Shown here in pieces: positions 52,709 to 62,353 of a stretch of DNA of 64,000 bases. Position numbers and translations under genes: made by a program. This DNA is from Trypanosoma brucei (lineage: Eukaryota), in contig CP000070.1 in assembly GCA_000002445.1 (NCBI GenBank), forward strand, positions 1,824,001 to 1,888,000, written 5' to 3'. How positions within the stretch are numbered: the stretch's first letter is position 1; every line of letters starts with the position of its first letter. The notes beneath the pieces were generated by a model, which saw only the letters and a list, made by a program, of their open reading frames with translations, did no database searches and was not told where the DNA came from.

Positions 52709-54322
52709 TTATTGGGGTTGTAAAACATTACCACCTTCGCGGCGTGTAAGAAACAGGTACTGCTTCGCCAACCGCGCCACCACAGGCACCACACGAGCAA
52801 ACTCCTTCTCCGTCCACGCCAGTATCCGCGTGAGCAGTGACGATACCTCCTGTTCATAGTGCGAGACGACGGCCTCTTCGGGGAGCAGTAGCGCTCGCGA
52901 CTCCGCCCAAACCCTGTCGCTGCGAGCACGACACAGAATACAGACCTCATCCATAAACGACATGCAAACCTCCGCGGTGAAGTGCTTTAAAAAGGCCCGA
53001 AAATGCTTTGGAGGCGGCGACACAAACCCCGGTGACTCGCCTGCACATGAAACGTTGTGACGCCTGATGGTCCGCACTGTGCCACTAGGCTTCCTTCGAC
53101 GTCGGGATGGCGCTTCAGTTGGCCGGGCCGTCTCCTGTTGCTGCTGCGGTCCCTTGGCAATCAAAGACGCAGCACCGTTGCTAAGAGTGCCAGCAGAGCC
53201 GCAGCCGTACGTCCGACGGAGAAAATTTAACACTTCCTTTGCGTCACCTGCAGTAAAAACTGACAAAATGCGTTCCGTCTCGGACGCCGGGCACGTCATC
53301 AGCGATGCCAAATAGTGATCAGCAAGCGCGGCCTCCAAAACCTGCGGCAGTGCGGGATGCTCCGTCAGAAGTTGCGGGACGGTCGCCACGTCGGCATTCG
53401 CGCGCTGGAAAGCGTCAGCCGCGTGCAACTGGGCCCGGGGCCGCATCTGCCGCTCGTGTTGCCAAAAATAATCACTTGGGGGGAGCGCACGACCGCGACG
53501 CAACATCACCTTCGAGCCGCCAGCTGGGGCCCCACGGTCAACCCTCTCGCCGTCACGCCGGATCGTATCGGACTGCAATACAACCAGTTTGGAGTCCCCA
53601 TCGGCGTTGAGGGTGGCTATACGGCCGGCAACAGTGGACTTGCCGCTATCCTCATCGTTCCCAGAGCCCCACGCAGGGCCACCAAATCGTTTCTCCGGCA
53701 AACCGGAGCGTGAATAATCTCCTGATGGGGGTGCAGAGGTATGACGGACTTTGCTTTTGGATGATCTGGAATGTGCCGCCCGCCTCACCTGGTTGGCCCT
53801 CGGAAACTTGTTGCGAGACATTTCAAGCAACAACCCTGACCTCTCATGCATACTCCTGAGTGCCTCACTGGCCCTCATACCGTTGTAAGCATGGTTGCCG
53901 CTACCACCGTGAGTTGTTAAGTCAGCCGGGACCTGGCCTACCTGTGCTTCAACCTTCATATGTGTCTTGGAGACGGTGGCGGCCTCGACAGAGTTGGTGG
54001 CGGCAGCGGAGGGCACGGCACGTCTCACTGAAACACCCTTAGAGCACCTAGTTAATGTCAACCTCTGCGGGGGTGAAAGACTGGAATCCGTTAGATGATT
54101 AAGTTGCTGTGGCGGCTTCCCGTCCAATTTTGTGCGTCTCCACCCCGTTGCGGAGAAGTAATCTTGGTGCGACGGTGGGTGATCTCGAGAATTGCGTGAG
54201 ACAACACTACTCTCCGTCAAAGCGTTCTGCACCTTGTCGGGTGTTGTTTCGTCACAAGAAGGCTGTATTGACGCTCCGTTGCGACCAGCATGGTACTTTA
54301 TTTCCGAACATTCCACCAGCAT
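52709..54322 (-). CDS. Hypothetical protein (537 aa from the first ATG)
   Basis: The track start at 54331 is TTG. The first ATG is plus 54320-54322 (MLVECSEIKYHAG...). It is a long complex GC-rich ORF in array orientation. No recognisable family motif. Confidence 0.6.
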   Translation of the reverse strand: MLVECSEIKYHAGRNGASIQPSCDETTPDKVQNALTESSVVSRNSRDHPPSHQDYFSATGWRRTKLDGKPPQQLNHLTDSSLSPPQRLTLTRCSKGVSVRRAVPSAAATNSVEAATVSKTHMKVEAQVGQVPADLTTHGGSGNHAYNGMRASEALRSMHERSGLLLEMSRNKFPRANQVRRAAHSRSSKSKVRHTSAPPSGDYSRSGLPEKRFGGPAWGSGNDEDSGKSTVAGRIATLNADGDSKLVVLQSDTIRRDGERVDRGAPAGGSKVMLRRGRALPPSDYFWQHERQMRPRAQLHAADAFQRANADVATVPQLLTEHPALPQVLEAALADHYLASLMTCPASETERILSVFTAGDAKEVLNFLRRTYGCGSAGTLSNGAASLIAKGPQQQQETARPTEAPSRRRRKPSGTVRTIRRHNVSCAGESPGFVSPPPKHFRAFLKHFTAEVCMSFMDEVCILCRARSDRVWAESRALLLPEEAVVSHYEQEVSSLLTRILAWTEKEFARVVPVVARLAKQYLFLTRREGGNVLQPQ

Positions 54323-55053
54323 GATGCACAAACCCTCTCCTTGCCTTGTTGCCCCTGCTCGTGTTAACTCCCCCTTAGCTCCTCCACTGAAGTCACAGTG
54401 GTAACCACCTTACGGTAACAACACCAAAACGCTTTTTTTTTTCTTTCGTATTGGTTGAAAAGTTTTTTTTAATTGCCTTTTTCCTCCGGCACTATATATG
54501 TATGTGTGTGAGAGGATGTGCTTACTGAAATTTCACTTTGGGCACATAGAAAGAGAAGGGAAAAACAAGAAATGACAAAACGTCTAAAAAATACGCGATC
54601 CACAAAATGCCTGTTGAGATGCCTCCTAACGCCGCTACGAAAAGTAAAGAACGGGGCGATACATCCTCAAGAAATGATGATTTTCGATAAGTCCCTCCAG
54701 TAGAAACAATAATGTGCCATCACATCACCACACCTGAGTCCCCTGTCGGACTCTCTTTTTCTCTTCACTCTGCTGTGACAACAGCCAAGATGAAACTGAC
54801 ACACATCATTCCACAAAAAAAAAATGGAGGTGTTTCAGTATTCAACTACATGCGGTGCGAGTACTGGGCGGACCGAAATGCGGCTCCTCCTTCAGGCATA
54901 AATTGCCGTAAGCTACAGACGCATTCTCTTGGGCCTGGGCGCGGGGAACAAACCTACATCATAACGCCAAAGAAATAAAAGTCTCGAATGCAGTTCAGCG
55001 CACGCGCCACGGACACGGACGCGGACACGTCGGGAGAGTGTAGATTTTCATCT

Positions 55054-56190
55054 TCACGCCTTTGATTTCTTTTTCTCCTTCTTCTTCCGCGGTTCCCCTC
55101 CACCCTTACCCGCAGACTCGGAGCTAACCTGGGCGGTGCTCAACATAAGTTGACCCATCTCATTCGCCGCCTGCTCATACCGTTTTGAGATAAAGCAATC
55201 TGGCTCAAAGCGTCGCATCCACGCACCTAGCACTCCCGCAACCTCCTTTGCCGCACTCTCCTTGAAAAGGTCCTCGTGTCGCTGGCAGCACTTCACCACA
55301 GCAGGGCGCCTGTGGCCGAAAACTTCACTGTGAGCTGCCGCGTCCGACAGCGGGTTAGCAGAGGGAACAATCAACTGCACGGGATGCCGAACACCCAAAA
55401 GAGACTTCAGTGGCACGTACCGGCTTTCGTCACGCACCAAACCCCCTGCGCCGAAAATTCTGTTAGGGTCGAAGAGGTAGTCACGGTACAGGGACTCATC
55501 CTCAGCAGCCGGACAGGGCAGCGGCCCTTCAAGGGAAGAAAGAAGAGCTTGTTTTGCAAAGGCCAAACCATCTTCCGGAACATTGATGTCCCTCTCTGCC
55601 TTGGCAATGTCCTCCCGCTGCTCCATGTTACGTAGAAGCTCACGAGTTACTAATGGGGTATCTAGAGACATTAGCGTCCCAACGCGGTGGGGAAACTCCT
55701 GAGATGACGCCATTCGCACCGCGACGAGGGCACCATAAGAGTATGTCAAGAAATGCGTCCACCGCACGTCGAGCGCGTCCATTACGGCACATATGCGCTG
55801 GCAGGACTGCTCCAACAAGTCCTTCGACGAATCTGTACACTGGGCATGTAGTGGGATATACACTGCGCCATAGTCCCATGAAAGTTGGGAAAGGATTGAT
55901 TCGTACTTTCTTGCCGCCTCCGCAACCCCCGCTTCCCCTTTAGTGGAATGATCAAGAATTATAAGGGGACGGGGGCCCAGGCGCGCTCCATGGTACATTA
56001 ACATCTGCGGCAGCAACTTCCTGCGCGAAGCTCCCACGCAACGTGCCTGCCACGGCTGAATAGAGAAGGGCGTGAAGCTTGCGTGTTGCTTGTGAGCAAC
56101 CTCTGGTCCATCATTCACCAGCCCCTCTAACATCTGCCCACCACCAGTTGTTGCTGATGCCACATGGTGAAGGGTCCGCGCCAGCCGCAT
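55054..56190 (-). CDS. Putative alpha/beta-hydrolase-fold protein (378 aa from the first ATG) with a basic KKKEKKKSKA C-terminal tail
   Basis: The track start at 56223 is GTG. The first ATG is plus 56188-56190 (MRLARTLHH...). LTYSYGALVAV fits the [GAST]-x-S-x-G nucleophile-elbow pattern of serine hydrolases. Strand-like segments precede it (RPLIILDHSTKG; AVYIPLHAQ). This is a motif-level inference only. Confidence 0.55.
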   Translation of the reverse strand: MRLARTLHHVASATTGGGQMLEGLVNDGPEVAHKQHASFTPFSIQPWQARCVGASRRKLLPQMLMYHGARLGPRPLIILDHSTKGEAGVAEAARKYESILSQLSWDYGAVYIPLHAQCTDSSKDLLEQSCQRICAVMDALDVRWTHFLTYSYGALVAVRMASSQEFPHRVGTLMSLDTPLVTRELLRNMEQREDIAKAERDINVPEDGLAFAKQALLSSLEGPLPCPAAEDESLYRDYLFDPNRIFGAGGLVRDESRYVPLKSLLGVRHPVQLIVPSANPLSDAAAHSEVFGHRRPAVVKCCQRHEDLFKESAAKEVAGVLGAWMRRFEPDCFISKRYEQAANEMGQLMLSTAQVSSESAGKGGGEPRKKKEKKKSKA

Positions 56191-56568
56191 GTCGGATCCA
56201 AACCAGCAGCAAGTTGACCCCACAGCAGCGAATACCAGGTTAGCTCCAGCCCCTGCACAATTCCTCCTGGAACAGCCTCAAACCCTTCCTCTTGCTTCCC
56301 TTATATCCGGAACCGCTGCCAAAGGTAAAAGGAAAGAAAAGTACCTGAAGCAACGCAGTACATGCTTATCGCAAATAGGAAATGAATTTTACTGGACGGG
56401 GGGAGAGATCATACAGGGGTGCACTATTACGTCCCCAACCTTACAAACATCGATTGACCTTCGACAACAGGGGACTGGTATGGTCCCTTTGACACAAATA
56501 ATGCTGGCCCTATACGACCACAGTAGCGAGGGCACGTGTAGTTGGTTCACCACACCAAACGCAAGACG

Positions 56569-57089
56569 AGTGAAATGCGCTAGTCCTTCCACACGTCCAC
56601 CCACCTGAGACCTACAGCTCAGCACAAACCACGGAAGTTTACAGCGCTCCATTATACTGGCGGAACACGGTCACAGGACCAAAAACACACCGTAAAGAAA
56701 GACCATCGGTCAGGCCCACGCAATTCTAACCCGGTCCCACACACACACACCCATAGCTCCTGCTAAACGTAGAAAGCTGGAAAATTAGGCACCCCGCTTC
56801 TCAATAACAAGGAACCAAACAAGCTTTCAATGCATAAGAGGAGCCACGAAACAGTAATGTAATCCGTCACGTCAGCAATACACCACACGTGGAGGAGTCA
56901 CAGCTCAACCTTTCCCCGCACACAGCGTCCATTGCAAGAGCCATACTCAATACACTCCGCCTGTGCATGCACGTATACATCCGTATGGCACCTCGTTAAC
57001 AATACATAATTTCCTACCCTTTCGACGCATGCAACGGAAGCACATGGATGTCTACAGAGGGGAAAGTTAAGGAAAGATCAATAACAACG
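56569..57089 (+). repeat. Copy 1 of a 521-bp direct repeat, downstream (3') of the PP2A B'' gene and upstream (5') of the hydrolase-like gene
   Basis: The stretch from agtgaaatgcgctagtccttccacacgtccacccacctgagacc to ggaaagatcaataacaacg was compared base by base with 60877-61397. Offset is 4308 bp. No mismatch was seen across the 521 bp. The flanks diverge immediately at both ends. Confidence 0.9.
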
Positions 57090-57847
57090 GAAGTGCGACG
57101 AACATAGAAGCATCTGTTATTCGTGTCATAATGTCAATATCGACTACCGTCCCCCTCCCCAAAAGTCACCTGCAAACGGGAAGGTCTGGGGCAACTAACA
57201 AAAGAGGGAAGTAGAATTACTGAGTGAAAACTAACTCTCTCCTTTAGCGAACACTCGTAATACACTGACAACTATGCCATAAACCTCTCAGGACACACAT
57301 GTGAGCCTGGTTTAAGCATCAGAGAAAACTACCGAAACACGCAACAAGCCACGGATCCCCCATTACCTACAGCTATAGAGTCATGTGTATATTCGGGAAT
57401 GGGGAAGCAGAAAGAGGAGAATTAAAGCGGGTGTTGCAGAATAAATGGTTGACTGGTGAAGTGTACACAACCGAATACTATATTATTACACCTCAGGGTC
57501 AAATCAATGATGAAAAGGCATGTAGACATGCGTACATATATAAGCAAATTGAGGAAAAAGATTTTTAGGCACATACTCTTCCATTAGTACTAGTTCTAAT
57601 CGCATTTATATTAGTTCCCACTCCCTCTCCGTTTTGCGGTGCAGATTACTGGGTACAGAAATGCACCTTCTCGGAGGTGCAAAGAGCGATAAGCGCAACA
57701 GGCAGTAACCTCACAGTTTCGACCACAAATTCAAGAGAGGAAGGAACACCGCCCGGCAGCCCATTTCATCCCATTCCAACTTGGCACACCCATTCAACTC
57801 CATTAAAACAGCAATACGCAATTACTGAAGTACCTTGGTGAAAAACA

Positions 57848-60778
57848 TTATTCGTTTGCGGCAACCTGAGCCATACGGTCGTACTCCGCTCGAGCAAAAC
57901 GATCCCAGTGTGTCCGTTCCAAGCCACAAAGCAGCCGGTCCTGGTGTGCTACAAGCGGGTCCTTCTGTTCAAACTGTAGAAGACGCACCACATTTGTCAG
58001 CATGTTCAGTGCCGCGCCGGCTGCCTCGGAATTCGACAGGAGGTCATGTAACGTGATCCCACAGGACACAGTAACACCAAGCATATCAAATATCTGGCAC
58101 ACAGCGTCCTCAAAGGGTATTCCCCCCTCTGGTACGTGCTCCAATATGATTCTTCTAGTCTCATCGTAAAATCTCTGCAGCTCGTACAACGAAAGCACAC
58201 CATCACAATCAAGGTCAAGTATGCTAAACCAGTAGCGTACCGCTGTGGGGGTTGTTTTGTCCTCCTCAGAGAGGCAAAACCAAACAAACTCTTCATAATT
58301 TATTCTATCCTTTACGGCAGATTTCGATCGCCGGCCAAGACCATTAAATATGCGGTCCACTATTATGGGATTCATGACACCATCTGGGGTATACTTTACA
58401 AAGTCCTGTCGGGACAATAACATGTCGCGGTCCGTGTCCAGCTCCCAGAAGCGACAGTAGAGCACATAAAAGTGTTCGTAAGAAAAATAATGGAAGACAG
58501 AATTGATGTCATCCGCCACATCAACTTGGCGGAGGGAATCTATAAGAGCAGAATCTTCCATCTCGGCATAGGTAATCCGTCCGCGGTTGAAGCGGTCGAG
58601 GTCGTAAAAAATGCGGTAGATGACGGTCTCCATGTACCTGTTCTGAACGTCGGGAGTCTGCTTCAGAAGGGCGAGCCCCGGGTGATGATCCAGAAGTATC
58701 CTCAGATAGCCGCGGAAATCCTCCGGTAACAAATAAGACCGCGGGGACGCCGAGTGGGGCGTAGAAGCGCAATTGCTGCCTGCTCCAACTGCCGATCTGC
58801 AATTGTGCTTGCCGGTAGAGGAGCTTAAAAGAAACAATTCAAACACACGGCGCACAATAGAACGACCACGCAATGAACTTTCAAAGAAATCTAAAACCTG
58901 CTGGACTGTGATAGGTGCCTGCGAACTGCACGTGGCCGTTACAGCTGAAGAATATCTAGATAAGGGAGAGCAAACATCCGGAGCAGCAAACATGCCCATG
59001 GCATCACTATCGCCAGTCGCCCGCAAGATCTTCATTATCATAAAAGCAAAGTACTTCGGGAGGCCAAAGCATTGTGTACAAATCCTTTGCATTGCCTGCG
59101 TTAGTTGGTCGTTGTAGTTTGCACCTTGTTTTGCCAGAGTGCCGTTGCTGACACAGAACCCTCTTACTTGTGGACCAACAGAGGGGCGGGAACTTTGAAT
59201 TGTTTTGGGTGGCATCGGGATTCGACTAAGCTCCCTTTTGACAAACAGTGAAACATTTTTGTCCTCTAACGCCCTTAGGGAAACTATGACTACGTTCTTG
59301 TTACCTCGCGTCGCCGATCTGCTATTCGCCCCAGCACCCTGCTCGGCAGCGTTTTTGCATGCAGCTGCGGGGATCATCATCCCCTCGATCACCTTGAGGT
59401 GTGGGTTTTCGTGTTTCGTATAAGTAACTCCTACTAGTGTTTCCTCACTGGTCTTCGGCACACCTTTAGGAAAATAAAAAGGTGGTATATCCCGATATGA
59501 TGCTCCCCGAAGGGTGGAATCTTTCGGTTGACCACTACGTTGTCTCAAAAATAAGTTCGGCGACGCACAGCCATCATCTTTCGCTTCTGGAGGGGTTGGC
59601 AACCTCGTCGCATCAAGGGGAACACTTTCAGACCGCTGGGCAGGTGGGGAATGCACCGGAGGCTGTTGGGGAGGTCCATTTGGGACCCTACTTTGCTCAA
59701 AGGCATCCTTCACCCGATCCTCGTAACCTTCGTCCCATCCCGCATCCCGTTGCAGCTCTTCAACTTCTTCCTCACCAGCCGCGCGTGTTATGTCAGTATT
59801 AACGAGCGTGAAGTAACCCGATGACGGTGACAGTGATGTGGGTGGTCCCGACCTACCGCCGCAAGCGCCATGCGGCGTGGTGCCCGAGCCCCCCTCGACC
59901 TTCTCTAAATCATCAGGTGACGTCTCCCGTAAGTAGAAAGCTTCATCACCGGCTTTAGACGGCGTCGCACTAGCATCATACCTTATACCAGCTTTCTGAA
60001 GAAACTCGGCAATCAATCCTTCAGCTACCTCAGCAGTTGATTTCTCACCCATCCAGTACTCCAAGAGCTCAAGCACTTTTATTCCAACACCACCCTGCGA
60101 TTGCCCGTTCGCACAAATCATACGACTTTGAACCCCATTTATCTGTTGAGGCGTCAGCGAGGCGGAAATAAGCAGTGGCAGGTCCGCGGGACCTCCAACA
60201 TCAGCTGAGGTCTGGCCTGCAACACCGGAGTTACTACCAATCGCGCGAGAATTCGGAGCGTAGAACGTGTAATGAAGCGACGAAGCCCCAGCAACAGGTG
60301 CAGAACCGCTACGAAAGTACGTACCCAGTTTAGTCCCTATATCTTGAGGGTGACCAGTTTCCTCCCATTCCGCCATATGAGAGCCGTATGCGCAATGGTC
60401 TGAACCATGTTCGCCACTGACAAAGTCACTAGTAACTCCACTGCCCACATTGGAATAACCGCGGAAGAGGTTGCCGTCTGCACCAGTGCGGTAAGATGCA
60501 CCACGCCTCCATTCAGGAGAGCTACCACGACTAGGAGGCGTCTGGACCCTTTGAAGATCCCAACGAGATGAGTAACTTAATGGTGATACTTCACCACTAA
60601 CAAACTCGCCCGGGAGAGCAGAACGAATGCTACTACTGCGGCCTTGACCATTCACAGTGTGTTCAACCCTGTCATGAGTAGCCACACTCTCACCTCCAAC
60701 TCCCCGCCGCAAGTCTACGGGGGAGGTACCCCATGCACTAACTACCCTTTCATTTTTCATTACTTGCAGCGGCTCCAT
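57848..60778 (-). CDS. Protein phosphatase 2A regulatory subunit B'' (PR72/PR130-like) with an EF-hand region, 976 aa, including a long S/G/P-rich N-terminal extension
   Basis: ATG verified (plus 60776-60778). The C-terminal half contains YWFSILDLDCDGVLSLYELQRFYDE, which closely matches the PR72-family EF-hand region. Flanking segments are conserved-looking (EHFYVLYCRFWELDTDRDMLLSRQDF; INYEEFVWFCLSEEDKTTPTAVRYWF). The N-terminal about 450 aa is low-complexity and disordered. Confidence 0.75.
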   Translation of the reverse strand: MEPLQVMKNERVVSAWGTSPVDLRRGVGGESVATHDRVEHTVNGQGRSSSIRSALPGEFVSGEVSPLSYSSRWDLQRVQTPPSRGSSPEWRRGASYRTGADGNLFRGYSNVGSGVTSDFVSGEHGSDHCAYGSHMAEWEETGHPQDIGTKLGTYFRSGSAPVAGASSLHYTFYAPNSRAIGSNSGVAGQTSADVGGPADLPLLISASLTPQQINGVQSRMICANGQSQGGVGIKVLELLEYWMGEKSTAEVAEGLIAEFLQKAGIRYDASATPSKAGDEAFYLRETSPDDLEKVEGGSGTTPHGACGGRSGPPTSLSPSSGYFTLVNTDITRAAGEEEVEELQRDAGWDEGYEDRVKDAFEQSRVPNGPPQQPPVHSPPAQRSESVPLDATRLPTPPEAKDDGCASPNLFLRQRSGQPKDSTLRGASYRDIPPFYFPKGVPKTSEETLVGVTYTKHENPHLKVIEGMMIPAAACKNAAEQGAGANSRSATRGNKNVVIVSLRALEDKNVSLFVKRELSRIPMPPKTIQSSRPSVGPQVRGFCVSNGTLAKQGANYNDQLTQAMQRICTQCFGLPKYFAFMIMKILRATGDSDAMGMFAAPDVCSPLSRYSSAVTATCSSQAPITVQQVLDFFESSLRGRSIVRRVFELFLLSSSTGKHNCRSAVGAGSNCASTPHSASPRSYLLPEDFRGYLRILLDHHPGLALLKQTPDVQNRYMETVIYRIFYDLDRFNRGRITYAEMEDSALIDSLRQVDVADDINSVFHYFSYEHFYVLYCRFWELDTDRDMLLSRQDFVKYTPDGVMNPIIVDRIFNGLGRRSKSAVKDRINYEEFVWFCLSEEDKTTPTAVRYWFSILDLDCDGVLSLYELQRFYDETRRIILEHVPEGGIPFEDAVCQIFDMLGVTVSCGITLHDLLSNSEAAGAALNMLTNVVRLLQFEQKDPLVAHQDRLLCGLERTHWDRFARAEYDRMAQVAANE

Positions 60779-60876
60779 GTAAACAAAAAAAATAAAGAAG
60801 CAGGGATGATCGATGTATGCTAGTTAGGATATGAAACAAACGTCCTTGTTCGGATCATATTTTAAAAGGATATGCC

Positions 60877-61397
60877 AGTGAAATGCGCTAGTCCTTCCAC
60901 ACGTCCACCCACCTGAGACCTACAGCTCAGCACAAACCACGGAAGTTTACAGCGCTCCATTATACTGGCGGAACACGGTCACAGGACCAAAAACACACCG
61001 TAAAGAAAGACCATCGGTCAGGCCCACGCAATTCTAACCCGGTCCCACACACACACACCCATAGCTCCTGCTAAACGTAGAAAGCTGGAAAATTAGGCAC
61101 CCCGCTTCTCAATAACAAGGAACCAAACAAGCTTTCAATGCATAAGAGGAGCCACGAAACAGTAATGTAATCCGTCACGTCAGCAATACACCACACGTGG
61201 AGGAGTCACAGCTCAACCTTTCCCCGCACACAGCGTCCATTGCAAGAGCCATACTCAATACACTCCGCCTGTGCATGCACGTATACATCCGTATGGCACC
61301 TCGTTAACAATACATAATTTCCTACCCTTTCGACGCATGCAACGGAAGCACATGGATGTCTACAGAGGGGAAAGTTAAGGAAAGATCAATAACAACG
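60877..61397 (+). repeat. Copy 2 of the 521-bp direct repeat; it ends about 100 bp upstream of the PP2A B'' ATG
   Basis: Apparently identical to 56569-57089 (see copy 1). Confidence 0.9.
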
Positions 61398-62353
61398 CCT
61401 TCCAACGATCATTGAGACTGGCTATTACAGTTACCGTGGATGCATAAGTGCATTCGTCCGAACGTTCCTCACGATGACGGGGAACAGATGAGAACATTAG
61501 GCTCGTCACTGTGTCCTGAGGGGAGCTGACTGACCATAAGCATTTATTAACTTCTCCGAGGGCATGCGACAAAGACGCGAACAGGTCATCCTTCATAGCA
61601 GTCTATTATGCCTGTGGAGTGCAGTCTATTCATTCGCAAGTAACCAACCAACTTACGCGGAGCGAACAGGTACCATGTGGACACGCAGACTTTGGGGTCT
61701 CAGAAGGTGCAGTGGAAGATTAATAAACAAGTACAAGTGTGAAAACATAAAATTACGGCGTAATGGAACAACGGCAAGCAAGAAAGCAGACATAATTCTT
61801 GAAGTCACCTAACACCCCCCCCTCTACAAGCCACTTGTTGCACACATAAATGAGGTACAATGTTAACGAGCATATGCTCAGCAGAGTACCGCGTTACGAA
61901 GAAAAGGGAAGGAAATGTAAGTACCGAAATTCAACTCTTACTGCGGACCTAGGGTAATACCTCGAGCAGAAAAATTATGAAACAAAATGTAACGGAGGTT
62001 AAAGACAAATCTTTAAATGTGTTGAAACAAAATAGTCACAGAATAATTTTTAAAAAAAGCATGCCTGTACGTGCGGGTGTCCCACGCATATGCGGTGGCA
62101 AACATTAAGCACAGCAACTTTCGTCAGGCACATGTAAAAATGATGGGTCATCATTCTTCTTGTAAGGTGGAGTCCATCAATGAGTTCTAGTACGTGATAC
62201 TGACGTAAAAATACTAGCATTAACGAAGGGCAAAGTAACTGTGCTATAGAAAATTAACCCTGTCGCACGCTAAGTCCCCGTGCGAGATATAGAAACCGTC
62301 TGTCTTCCTTTCCACGTAGCTTCTGGAACGGTAAAATGTGGGTTTTGGTAATC

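Noticed and set aside
61455-61530. Possible C/D-box snoRNA-like element on the plus strand (gatgacgg ... agatgag ... cctgagg ... ctgactga)
   Set aside because: The box-like motifs are imperfect. Their order (C, C'-like, D', D) is atypical. It lies on the strand opposite to transcription of the array. No terminal stem is apparent. It is most likely chance.
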